A program made the position numbers and the translations under genes. DNA of 64,000 nt from Lepidodermella squamata (lineage: Eukaryota; Animalia; Gastrotricha): the NCBI GenBank assembly GCA_047495785.1, contig JBLDXI010000064.1, positions 558,001-622,000 on the forward strand, given 5' to 3'. Below the pieces are notes generated by a model that ran no database searches, was not told the DNA's origin, and saw only the letters and a list, made by a program, of their open reading frames with translations. This document shows, one piece after another, positions 16,660-31,504 of this stretch. How positions within the stretch are numbered: position 1 is the stretch's first letter; every line of letters starts with the position of its first letter.

Positions 16660-17240
16660 AGCGCCGCTTGGGCATAGATATTATTCATTCTTTCATCATC
16701 ATCATTTTTGTTATATCCACGCGTGCTATACCCGCCGACCATGAGAACATGGCTACCAAACGACGCCAGACAGTGTAGGCGTAGTAATCAAGAAGATATC
16801 ATCGTCTCGACGTGTGCTAGGTCGAGGTTAACCTGGTCTCGCTCACCAGAGAGCTCACCTTGATTTTCAACTCGTATTCTCGTGCACATTTTTCTCTATA
16901 GCACCTATAGCACCTAGCACCTATCTAAAAATCACGCGGATCGGATTATTTGAAATTACAACTTGATGATTTATACGAAATTTCAAAGTGCGCGCGTCGT
17001 GCCTGGTCTTAGAGGTAAAATACCGCGCGCTGCAATCACCTCTAAATTAACCCTGTGTTCCCTATGGATAATATTCTAAATTTCACCAAATTTGCCATTC
17101 TTCTGCCACGGTTAGCTCTTTCGGAATTGTTTTTTTTAATCTGAAAAATGAGTTTATCCATAGATAATAATAACTATCTTACAATTTATGGATAAACCCA
17201 TAGATAAACTTTTTTTATATAACGTAACGTAATTTACTCC

Positions 17241-17502
17241 AACGTTTCGGTTATACATAATAACCATCTTCAGCGAGCACCTTTAGGACAAAAAAAATGA
17301 CTCTATCAAAGCTAAGTTATTTATGGAGCCGATGTTCCACGAGAGGTGTAAAAAGAAGATGGAAAACTAGCCAGATTACAACTTCAAGATGCTTTAAAAC
17401 ATCCACCTTAATTATTATTATTAATTATTAACTTAACAACACATTTCGATTTAATTTCTTAAACTATCTCTGAAGATGGTTATTGTGTATAACCGAAACG
17501 TT
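17241..17502. ncRNA. Inverted pair of minimal hammerhead-ribozyme-like motifs (Penelope-like element relic)
   Basis: + strand 17470-17503 CTGAAGA-T-GGTTAT-tgtgt-ATAACC-GAAAC-GTTG, and its near-perfect reverse complement at 17241-17273. Confidence 0.55.
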
Positions 17503-18115
17503 GAAATAAATGCGTCACTTCTATAAAAAAAATGTATTCGAAGAAACTTGTAACAAGTTTATCCATATTGAGAATAGTTTCTATCCGATCGACGATATAA
17601 AATTTATCGGGTAAATAATTTATTTCGATTTTCCGATTTTTTATGCCTGGCATATAGGACTTTGAATTCTCTCACAGCGTTACTTGTTCGGAGATATTTT
17701 AGCAAATAATTAATTTCGTGCTAACTATTAATCGGAAATCAAAATAAATTAACCCGATAAATTTTATATCGTCGGACGCAGTACAAATTCTCGAAAATTC
17801 TCGGGAAAACTGCTATGGCGTGAATACTGATTATTACCCTTAGATTAATGAAAACATTGGAATTCCAAGATGGCGGATTCCAGTTTGGGTATAGCGCGTG
17901 GAGAAATAGCCTGGTTTTACATGTAATCATACATGTATGCGCGAGTTAGAAAAAGACCCGCCATAATACAAATTTACGAAAATTGGCAAAAGAATTAAAC
18001 CTTCAAGTTTCCAATAGGAGTTTCATCTCTGGTAACTATATACTCTATGATATTATGATATTCTCTAAGATATTATAAGAAGAATTTGAAGCAAATAATA
18101 AATCGAGAATGTTTT

Positions 18116-19356
18116 ACCAGCACTGCAAGTCCGCCGGGTGAACCCAGTCGGGCAAAAGTATTGGCACCCGTGCACCAACCGCCGTTGTTACAAGGGTTCG
18201 ATAAGCAGGCAGCTGTAATATAGGAACAAGACGGAGCTTCAATCATTGCCTGGCTGGGCTGAAACCAGCTTACATTGGCTGCAATTCGCCCGGCCCATCC
18301 CGCCAAGCAGTCGCATTTGCTAGGGCCGACACACACGCCTCCGTGCCAGCACCACGGCAATAAACTAATCACAGACAAAATCAGCAATTGATGTTCTATT
18401 TTGAGGCTAACTCACATTCGTCGTAGTTCGGTCCCCGCCAGCCGAAGGTGCCCCTGTTACCGCAGCACATTTTCAGGCCCGCCTACGTTACGGCTCTGCG
18501 CGCGCTCCTATTGGTCAGCTCATTTTGAACTGAAATCAAAGGGCAATCTATGAATTTCACGTCGGCTTTTACATCAAAATGAAGTAAATTGAATTCTCTA
18601 TCAATTGAATATAGATTTGTTACGATTGAAATTTGGGTATTAAACATTTGACGTGCACAATTTTTACTTGGTGGTGCGCTCGCGTGAGGTCACCCGCCCT
18701 AATTTTTCAGTGCACGTAAAACTTTTTCCCTTTCAATTTTTTCGAGCGAGAACCCTATATTCAATCGATAGAGGATTAAATTCTCTTCATTTTGGCATAA
18801 AAACCGCCACAAAAAGTTCAAGTTACTCTTTGACAACTGTGCGCGCGGTAAAATTAGCGATAAATAACAGTGCGCACGACTTGGGCGAGTGAGCGTGCCT
18901 TGTAATTATGTCCTAAAGTTAGCCACGTTTGCTTATTTTTCGTACCTACCATGCACACTTTATATCGATAGATAAAGATTTTTTCGGTTGAAATTATGTT
19001 TTATAAATCTGATAGAATATATGCGAAATGCGCGACTTTTTTGGGTTAAAATTGATTCAGTTGTGCACGCACGCACTTACGGCGCGCGTGTGTTGCGTAA
19101 CAGTGTGCGCGAAATGGCTGACCAATAGGGGCGCGCGCAGAGCCGTAACGTAGGCGGGCCTGATAATGTGCGTTACCGCAAGACTGAAGCCCTGAAGACG
19201 GGTATCAGTTACAGCGAGAATGCAATGAGTAGAATTTGTTGCGACGGGGGCGCATCCGAGGCAACAGCTGGTGCTGTATAAGCCTGCGATGGTTAGCATA
19301 TATTAAAAATCAGATCAAATGGCAAAAGAACCTGTTAGTAGAATCCGCAGGATCAT
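18116..19356 (-). pseudogene. Degenerate 5' part (ATG, signal peptide, EGF exons) of the EGF/CTL gene
   Basis: Homologous to 27985-28701 and 15235-15575, with deletions/frameshifts and an exonic MITE insertion. Confidence 0.7.
18465..19171. mobile_element. Non-autonomous Mutator-like element (MITE)
   Basis: ~55-bp TIR GCACATTTTCAGGCCCGCCTACGTTACGGCTCTGCGCGCG.. / ..GGGCCTGATAATGTGC; 9-bp TSD GTTACCGCA (18456-18464, 19172-19180); empty site GTTACCACA in copy B (~28490). Confidence 0.85.
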
Positions 19357-20274
19357 TGTGTTTTTAAAGTTCTAAATAGCGCAAACTTTTAGAATCAAAG
19401 CTTGAAATAAGAAGGGCCATCTTGAGTGGCTTCCAGCTATATTTTTATCAGGAGGACTTTCGCGTCAGGTCAAAGCCGAAGTAGTTGCTTGAGATTGATT
19501 GAGAGTGCGCATAATCGACTTAGCGAGAAAACCGTGTATCGACCGTTTTTCCGGCCGTGCGTCCACCTGGCGAGTATCAACGGAAGAGAGCAGAGCACAG
19601 TCAAGCCCGAGCATGGGTGGCATGATGAACCCTTTCTAACTAGCAGATATAGAAGTGGATAGGCTGAAAAAATCCTCAGCCTACAACCTACAAATATTCA
19701 AGTTATCGAGGTCGGATGGAGTTGAATGAAATTATCGCCGGTTGAAAGCTTTAAATGCGTTTCGGCATTTGAAAAGTAAAAATCGAAATGAAGAGGGAGG
19801 TAGCCAAAATGATAGCTTTACCTAAATATCAGAGGAGGAGCGATTGCCCAACGAGCGCGGCAAGTTTTTGCCGAACTGAAGACATCAGTTCACACTCACA
19901 GGTGGCGGCAAAGCCATTGAGATGACACCTGGGCCGCCTTTGCTTACGTGATATCAATCACGTCAATAAACTCGGGTGCTAAACTTTATTATCATGGCCA
20001 TCATAGACAATAATGTTACAGATCGGACACTCACACACTTCGCATTGAAATTTAATTATGAACTTTGACAGGTAGAAATTTTGATTTTAGATCTAAAAGG
20101 AGAAAAATACGGAGTAGGGAAACCAAAACATTGATCGTATTGATGTGACATTGAAATCCAATTTTCAATATCGAAAAATTGATCTAAAATCCAACAATCG
20201 ATGTTTTCAAGCCAACACTAGAGAATTTTTGAAAAATTCAAGAAATTCCTCAAATTCCACTTTTTACTTGTTAA

Positions 20275-20792
20275 CCCATTATCACCAAATGGTAGCTTTT
20301 TCGACCACCCTATATTCAAAAAATCCTTACGGGTGACCCCAGGGTGTCCAAATGACAAATTATCTCCGCGCTGGGAAATCGTATTAATTTGTTGTTAACG
20401 GATAACTAGTGTCTCGTCGGCTTGGTGATGAGCCAGAGCCCGTTTTTGGGACTGTCACCAAACTGCAATAAAGTGTCATAAAAATCGATTTTCCACAAAG
20501 TATTACCAATGACCCAACTGAATGCATTTCTAGGTAGATCTCATCACGCTAATGAACTTTTTCTTTGAGAGCGGCTTCGTAGCTTTCACCGTTCTCGAGC
20601 TATCTGCCCAGGTGTGACACCAGGTAAGGTCACGTGACCAACTTTACATCGGAATTGTTTTCGTAATCGTGAGGGATAAAAATGGGGATTTTCGACTTCT
20701 TTCTCTCCAATTTTTTCTCCATCGAAATAGTTCGTGTCAATGGGGGAGGAAAAATAAAAGAAATTTCCAAATCAGTTCTGGGCTCTAATGGG
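20275..20792. mobile_element. Non-autonomous piggyBac-type element in an intron
   Basis: TTAA TSD at 20271-20274 and 20793-20796; termini CCCATTA.../...TAATGGG; single TTAA empty site in the copy-1 intron (~10318). Confidence 0.85.
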
Positions 20793-20838
20793 TTAACACT
20801 CAAATTGGCTCAATCTATGCTTTGTTTCGTTTTTTCAG

Positions 20839-23800
20839 GAATAAAGCCCGGCTGGAACATAGCAGTGATCGATAAGATCCACGAAATTCTCGGCGACACG
20901 CCGCCCATGCTAACGCTGATGCTGAACCTCGCTTGCCTTACATACTACCACGATTCAGTGAATTTGAAAATTTTTCAATTATCATGTTTTATTCGAATAA
21001 ACCGTTCGGAGTGCAGGTGTATGCCAGCCCGAGGGCACCGAGCATTTATAAGTGCATATAAGGTGTGGATTATAATGTAAAGAACGGAGAGAGACTAGGT
21101 GATTCTATATTTTAATCATATTTTTACAGAAATTACACAGTAGATAGGTAGGATAGATGTTAGGGTTGTAGCATTTTTAGATCTTGAGTAGTTAGTATTA
21201 TCGTAGTTTAGGCGTAGTGATAACATAGAACTAAATTGATTGGTTAAGCAATTATGTTGGATATGCATATTTTTTGTAGTCGTTTCGCCATTTATTTGTT
21301 AGTTTAAGTAGAGCCCTGATCTGCAATCGACTGAATTACTTTCTTTTGATAAAATTGAATGGCGCAACATTGTTGACTCAATGAATGATTATGAATTTTT
21401 TGGAAAAAGTAGAATCTTCAACTGTGAAGGTGGGTGATTTCCATCTTTCGCCTGCCTTCGCCCTCCTCAAAACCGTTTTTACGGTATAGATGCTTAATCG
21501 AGAGGAGGACTAAATAAAACCATTATTATTATATTATTATTAAGTAGAGCAGATAGGTTGATTTCAATCGGACTTGAACACTCGATCAGCGCAATTAGAA
21601 GTAGGTTCGCGTGGTTAACAATAGGATTTCTAAAGTTCTGTGTTGACGGCAAGGTCTCATTGCAGTTGAAGATAAGATGAAGAAGTAGATCGTAGGGTTT
21701 ATATAATTGCATGTCACAGTATATACATTTAAGTACGCCAATTACGTACTGGAAAGGTTTAAATAGTTAATTCGTTCTAATTTTAGCCAGAGCTTGTGAA
21801 TCGTGAATGTCGAAAACTTCAAAATAGTCTATCCATTTGGAAAAATAGTTGTGGCTAAATAAATTGTTGTCATTGTAAGCGGTTTTCAGGTTATCTAGAA
21901 TTTTATTTTTATCTCGTAAAATCAGAAATTTTTTATATTCTTCAATCAGTTCAGATATTTCACGCTCAGATGCGTCGAAAATATGTTCAAAATTGTCTCT
22001 TGTGACCTCGGTTTTTAGGTTTTTGTAAATGTGACGGCAAAGGCTGTCATTCACTTCAAGGACTTTGAAACTTTCTTGCAATAACAAGTTTTTCGAGCGG
22101 AACTTCAGTGAGAAGTAGTGTTTTAGGGCTGTTATCATCAATGTTATAGATGGCGGCTCTATATAGAATTCTCGCGCTACGAGTTCATTCCTGGTGCTAG
22201 TAGGTAGATTTAGAACCGTTTTCGCGAATAATATATTTAACAGCGGCATTGATTTTCTAAGTTTGAAGCCCCAGATGCCCGCTCGGAATGTCATTTGGCT
22301 AATTGAATATGAATTATACAGCGTTCGATACGTGTTTGAGGGAAAATAATTTTTGTACGGCCTTAGCATGTCTGGTAGCTGGGCTATTATTCGTTTAACT
22401 TTTGCTGTAGCTGTTTCAGAGCAACGTCTGAAATTGAGATTATGAGTCAGTAAAATGCCTAAATATTTGAACTCAGGAACTTGCTCGATTTTCAGACCGT
22501 TAATTTTGAACTCAAAATCGGTTGGGTTATGCGTGCTACCACGATGGAATTGCATGACCTTGGTTTTCTCGACGTTGATTTTTAACTCGTTTTCCCGTGC
22601 AAACTTTTCTATGACGTCTAATAATCTTTGTAGCTCTTCTGGTGATTTCGCGAGGAGAACAAGGTCATCTGCGTATAGTAGGCAGATTACTGTTAGTGTG
22701 TATAGCGAGAGGCCTGGCGCGGTGGCCAAGAGCTCTGGTAGTAGATCGTCAATGAAAAGGCAAAAAAGTAGAGGGGAAAGTGGGTCGCCCTGTCTCACAC
22801 CAATAGTATTGTGTATTATGTTGTTATTAATGAGCTTATTTTTGTAGCGTAGTATAAGCGAATTATCACTGTGCATCTCGTTTATGATTCGTTTAAAGAG
22901 CGGGGATGTGCCTCTCTTATCAAGCTTTTTCGCTAATAATAAAACCCGATTTAATGTGTCGAATGCACTAGAAAAATCAATGAATGCAGCATACGGCCTT
23001 TTGTCAATATGTTTAGCTAACACCGTATATAAAACGTCGACGCAGTCGAAGCGGTAGTTGTAGGTGAAGCTGTGGCCGTTGTTGGTAATGGCGATCTCGC
23101 CTCCTCTGGCGTAGTTCGTCAACATGCCTTCCTCGTAGACTGCGTCGATCCACTCACGCATGAGGGCGGCGACGTGTCGCTGGTGTGGCGCCCTGAAACG
23201 GATGAACTTGACAGACCTGGGCGGCTGGTTTCCGCCTGGTCGGGTGGATTCCGCGACAAGCTTCCGAACCAGCTTGATGTTGGTGAAGCCCGGTGGCAGC
23301 TTGACCATGACGTCACGCTGCCTGGGTTCCTTGTTCGGGCCGGATTTCGCCGGGAATCTCCCCATCCGTTTCACGTACGGATTCGTCTCCTTCAATTCAG
23401 GAACTGCCTCGCACAGCTTCGAGTGAAGATCGTCGAGACTTTCCCTCTCCTCGTCGGGTAAGTCGCGGATGAGAACAGTCGCCGCGTACTCCTCCTCCTG
23501 CTGCCTCGCATTGCCGATTGTTATCGCTTCGAGCCGACTGAAACTAGCGTTCTGGGCGCCACCTAACTTGTTTGAAGTTGACCAAAGTGATTGGCACTCG
23601 GCAGTCAGTTGCTCGACCTTTTTCGTTATTTCGGTTAGCTTGTCGCCGGTCGCCGTAGACCGAGTTGACAGCGATAATAATGTCGCGATAGTTGTGGTCG
23701 TTGCGGATTCTGTCGATCTCAGCTTGGGTTGTTGTTATGGTGAATTCGACTATCTGTTCGCCATTTTCGCCGTCCATTTCGGTTTACAAGGCGGAAGCGA

Positions 23801-25024
23801 CCCCAAATTTGTTGATAGGAGTAGGGTGGCAATGGCGCGTGCCCCGTATTAATGCTATGTTTAGTTCGATGAAAAAATAGTAGCTACACTCAAGTGAAAC
23901 AGTTTCCTGTTCTAGCCTATGTATTAGATAGAGCTAGTTAGGTTTATATACGTTGAAAAATAGCACAAAAAATCGCTATGAAAACGCCGGAAATGCTCGC
24001 CCTCATTCAGTGCACGTGCCGTAGCATCGGCTTCTGCCGCTTAGTCAACGCGTATCAGGGCCCAGCGCCGGACCACCTCGTCGGCTACTGGCCACTTGAC
24101 GCCCAGTCTCACCTCGACGAATTCGCGTACGATGACAAGCCACTCGAGGCGAGCAAACTCGCATTCGTCGACAAGGACGAACCCGGTCCATACGGCGAGA
24201 AGGCGACTTCAATTGGGATCAAGGGCAAAAAGCCGGGCCAAGTCGCTGCGTACTGCCTAACAAACAAACTGAACATGGAAATAGGTTTCACATTCAGTCT
24301 CCACTTCAACTTGGGCAAGCAATCGAACCAAATGAACCCGGTTGTCTTCGTAGCCCCTGATACGTCCTCCCTTCTAATAGTTTCGTTCAAAAAGAAAACA
24401 GGCTTTATTCTGAAGTTTGTATCAGCGAGGGGGACTAAGGATGTCACGCTGTTGAAAACCGTGCCTGATAAGCAGTGGATTTGTATAGCGATCGTGTTGT
24501 CTCAAGAACGCGGCGTTACCTTCTACTACAGAATCGACGATGGCGAGTTGCTGTCCACCGAATTCCGCCGAGTCCCACCCTTCATCGTAGTGCCTGACCG
24601 CGAATTCTGGATGGTTCTCGGCAAAATCGATGTCGGCGATCGGTTGGCATGCGTTCAGGTGCATGACGCGATTTTGACGGTGGAGGAGGTTCAGTTTTTG
24701 CCCTGCGTCTGCCAGGAGAAGGGCCTGTGCTACGCCGCGTTGGCTATGAACCGGTTGCTGGATTTTACGGACGATTTTTTCAATGTGACTAAACGAAGTT
24801 TGGGCCATCACCGGCGGTTTTTCATCGAGTCGAAATGCGGCTCGAATAATAGCACGAATTCCACAAAGCGGAAGCAGAAGCCGGATAAAGATGACGCGGT
24901 TGACGAACCGGCAAAGTCGAGAAACAAGACAAAACCTGCGAAGCAAATGTCCGCAACTGGGTCGGTTACTGTTTTTATCGAACGTTTTCTAATTCTTGTT
25001 TTATTTGCGCTTGCTTACAAATAA
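20839..25024 (+). pseudogene. LamG-like protein copy 2: lacks exons 1-2 and is split by a LINE; the downstream 348-codon ORF (23978-25024) is still open
   Basis: Near-identical to 10372-11543, interrupted at 20970/23979. Confidence 0.8.
20971..23978 (-). mobile_element. Non-LTR retrotransposon (LINE): ORF1-like region fused to RT, no recognisable endonuclease
   Basis: RT motifs FIDFSSAFD, GVRQGDPLSPLLF, LLYADD, FKYLG; C-terminal CxxC..H..C beyond a premature stop at 21767; AATAAA plus short A-tail at the left end; 6-bp TSD TGAAAA (20965-20970, 23979-23984). Confidence 0.9.
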
Positions 25025-25204
25025 ATCATAGTCTTAACCTAAAAGCAAGCTTTTCCAATTTGTTTTTTTCTCAATTTCCAAAGTTGAACTCAACCGCCAT
25101 TGAAACTAGCTCTCATGCGACACTTTAGGTAGCGTTAACAATTTTAATAAGGCTGGTCAAATGTATTCAACTTTTTGCTGGTCACTGGCATCCGAGGCTG
25201 CAGT

Positions 25205-28701
<3,497 letters not shown>

Positions 28702-29228
28702 TTAACGGTAAAATTGCGTATGTAAAACTCTAGATAAGGTAAACATTTAAAATCAAAGCTCGAAATTAGCAGGAGTAGAATTCAGTCATAGAATGGGCAG
28801 ATGTGCCACCTCCTCATGTCCCTCATTTTCGTCCTTATCCTACTTGTCCCCCCTTGTCCCTGTTTGAGCGCGTCAAAACATCCGAAAAATGAATCACAGC
28901 CCAGGACTTGAAACAAAATGATGCATGATGGGTAGAAACAATCGCTAACAATCGGTCACTCCCGTTCAAAATGTCGCTAACTAGGAGCCCGCAACTTTCT
29001 ATTCAACGATAGATTGTAAGAAGCCATGGTTTTATTTCAAAAATAAAAGATCAAATAAAACAATTGCAAAATAAAATAAAATAAATATATTGCGCGATTT
29101 AGGTGCATCGTCGAAGCTTGAAAACCACGTATCGGTGACTGCTGGCATACAGTTATAAGCAAAGAGGTCTGAATCCGTTCTCCGCGTTCAGTGATGGCAT
29201 GATGAACCCTTTCTAAACTGACAGCTAG

Positions 29229-29249
29229 ATATATATATATATATATATA
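29229..29249. repeat. (AT)n microsatellite (duplicated at 60289-60309)
   Basis: atatatatatatatatatata. Confidence 0.9.
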
Positions 29250-31504
29250 ATTTGATAAGCTAAGGATCATGCTCAGCTTACAAACATTGAAGTCATCCAA
29301 GTCTGGTGGAGTTTCAGGAAATCATTTGTGGCATTTGAAAGGTAAAGGGTGAATGAAGGTAGCCGAAATGATAGCTTCACCTACCAATATCAGAGGAGGA
29401 GCGATTGTCTAATGAACGCGACACGTTTTTGCCGAACTCAAGACATCAGTTCACACGCGCACAGGTGGCGGCAAAGCCATTGAGATGACACCTGGGCCTG
29501 GGCCGCCTGGGCTACTCAGGTGTTATCAATCAGCTAATAAACTTGGGTGATAAACTTTATTGCCATGGCTATGCTCGTTTTCACACTTAGAACTCACTTT
29601 CACTTCACTTTTATCCGCTTGGCCGAGATATTTTATACCTATTCGAAACAGACGATTGCGGCATTTGTATGTGCTTTAGGGCTGTTATCGGAGATCCCCT
29701 GCGGTTCGTTTTCTATAAGACGTTCTATAAGACTAATATAGGTAACTAGCTGTTTCAGCTGCACCCGTACTGGTGCCTCGTTATCTTACTCAGTGGCTTT
29801 GAGTACTAGCTGAGTATAAATCAGGTATGTCGCTTCTTTGCAATTTCAAAAGAAGACTTTTTCATTTCCTTTGCCACAGGTGTAAGGTGGCTATGACTGC
29901 AACTGAGCTTGGTTGGTACAAAGCAGCGCCTTTCGATCTTCTCTTGCCGCTAGCTGCCCCATCTCCAGCAGAATCCAAGTTGTTCTGCTGCTGAGGCGGG
30001 GCCGATCGATTGGACATCGCAGCCTGCGTTCACATTTTTCAACTTTAATCAACGGCTACGTCGTTCTTTGTAGTTGTGCTTTGTACTCCATTGAGATGAA
30101 CCACGACCCTTTGCGCCACGACGAACGACGAACGACGACGAGATGGTCGTTCCTCGTTCAAAGCAACGCCTGAAATAATGTGAGATCTACAGACGATTAA
30201 AGCGGAGCTTTATTGGCGGTTTCCAACATATCAATCGTTGCACAAACATCAGATGAGACTCCTGGCAGAAACGGCAGTCTCTTCATATTGCGGTGCGGCT
30301 TGCCTATTTGAATAGAAACAGAGGTCGCTAAGAAAAAAATCGATCATATTCATTGATTCGAGATGAGCGATAGAGCACACTTGAAACTGTTACAGACTGG
30401 ATACAGACTGGCAAAGACCACTGTTTCGGTCACCTCATCCGCCCATTGTAATTCCCATTAATTTCAAACATCGACAAAGTCCAAAGCCATTTGTTCCCCG
30501 TTTCAGCAGAATTGTTTATTCTCTGTTCATGAGGTTTCAATTACATATAATTATTCCGGTTGCTCGCACGACCTGTTCAAAATGACTGAAAAACGCTATA
30601 ACACAAAATCATTTTGGGTCTCCTACAAAGTAGAGAAAATTCAGTAAAAGGCTTCAAAGCAGCAAAATAAAAATGGCTTCAGAGTGAAATAATATCATTA
30701 ATTCGAAAAACATGCTTTGAAGCGTTGAACTCTGTAGAGTACCCGACATTTTCGGCAAAAATGGGATTTTTCTTAAATTTCGAGCTCAGATCTGTCGTAA
30801 CTTCACAAATGTGTGTTTAATCAGAGATCAGCGTGTCCTCAGTTAGAAACTCAGTTTAGTCAAATGAGCCAGCTTCTGAGATATCATTTGACATCAAATT
30901 TGACATCATTTTGGGTCCAGGGAATTTAGCTTTAGCAGTGAGAATTTAGCACTTGTTTCTGCAGACGAATCCCGCACGCCACCAGAAAACTAGCCGTGAT
31001 TCGTTGGCTCCGTTCTCTCTGCTCGAGAATTCAGTCAGATGGTAATAATTAAATATATTAGCGATATACTGTCCGACTGTCGGAGTGCTGTGGAGACCCG
31101 CGCTCATTCGGAATTCGGTTGTCTCGGCCCATCAATTCGACGACTTTTCGAATTTTTTTCATCGATACTGCTACCTAGCGCAATGACACTATGCTGCTTG
31201 TCCGATCTTAGCGATGGCCCTAACTGTCGGTTTAAAACAGCGACGCACATGCATTCAAAATTTATGACAAAACATTCGTCGTAAGATCGTTGTCTTCGTC
31301 TTCGAAGCCATCATTAACTATTCATAGCATCATATGACATCGCATCTCAGTGCTGCTATTATCGGATGAATAAATCTCTGGCTCACAATGAAGATCTTCG
31401 AAAGAGTCCTTCAGATTTCTGCCTTGATAGATTAATAATGCATAGGAAATTTCGTTATAAATTGTCACTATGGCCTTAAAAATTGTCCAGTCTCGAGCTT
31501 GAAC

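Noticed and set aside
30050-30170. Minus-strand RCFERG, resembling the Cys-loop peptide motif
   Set aside because: No second cysteine, wrong intron phase and no signal exon found.
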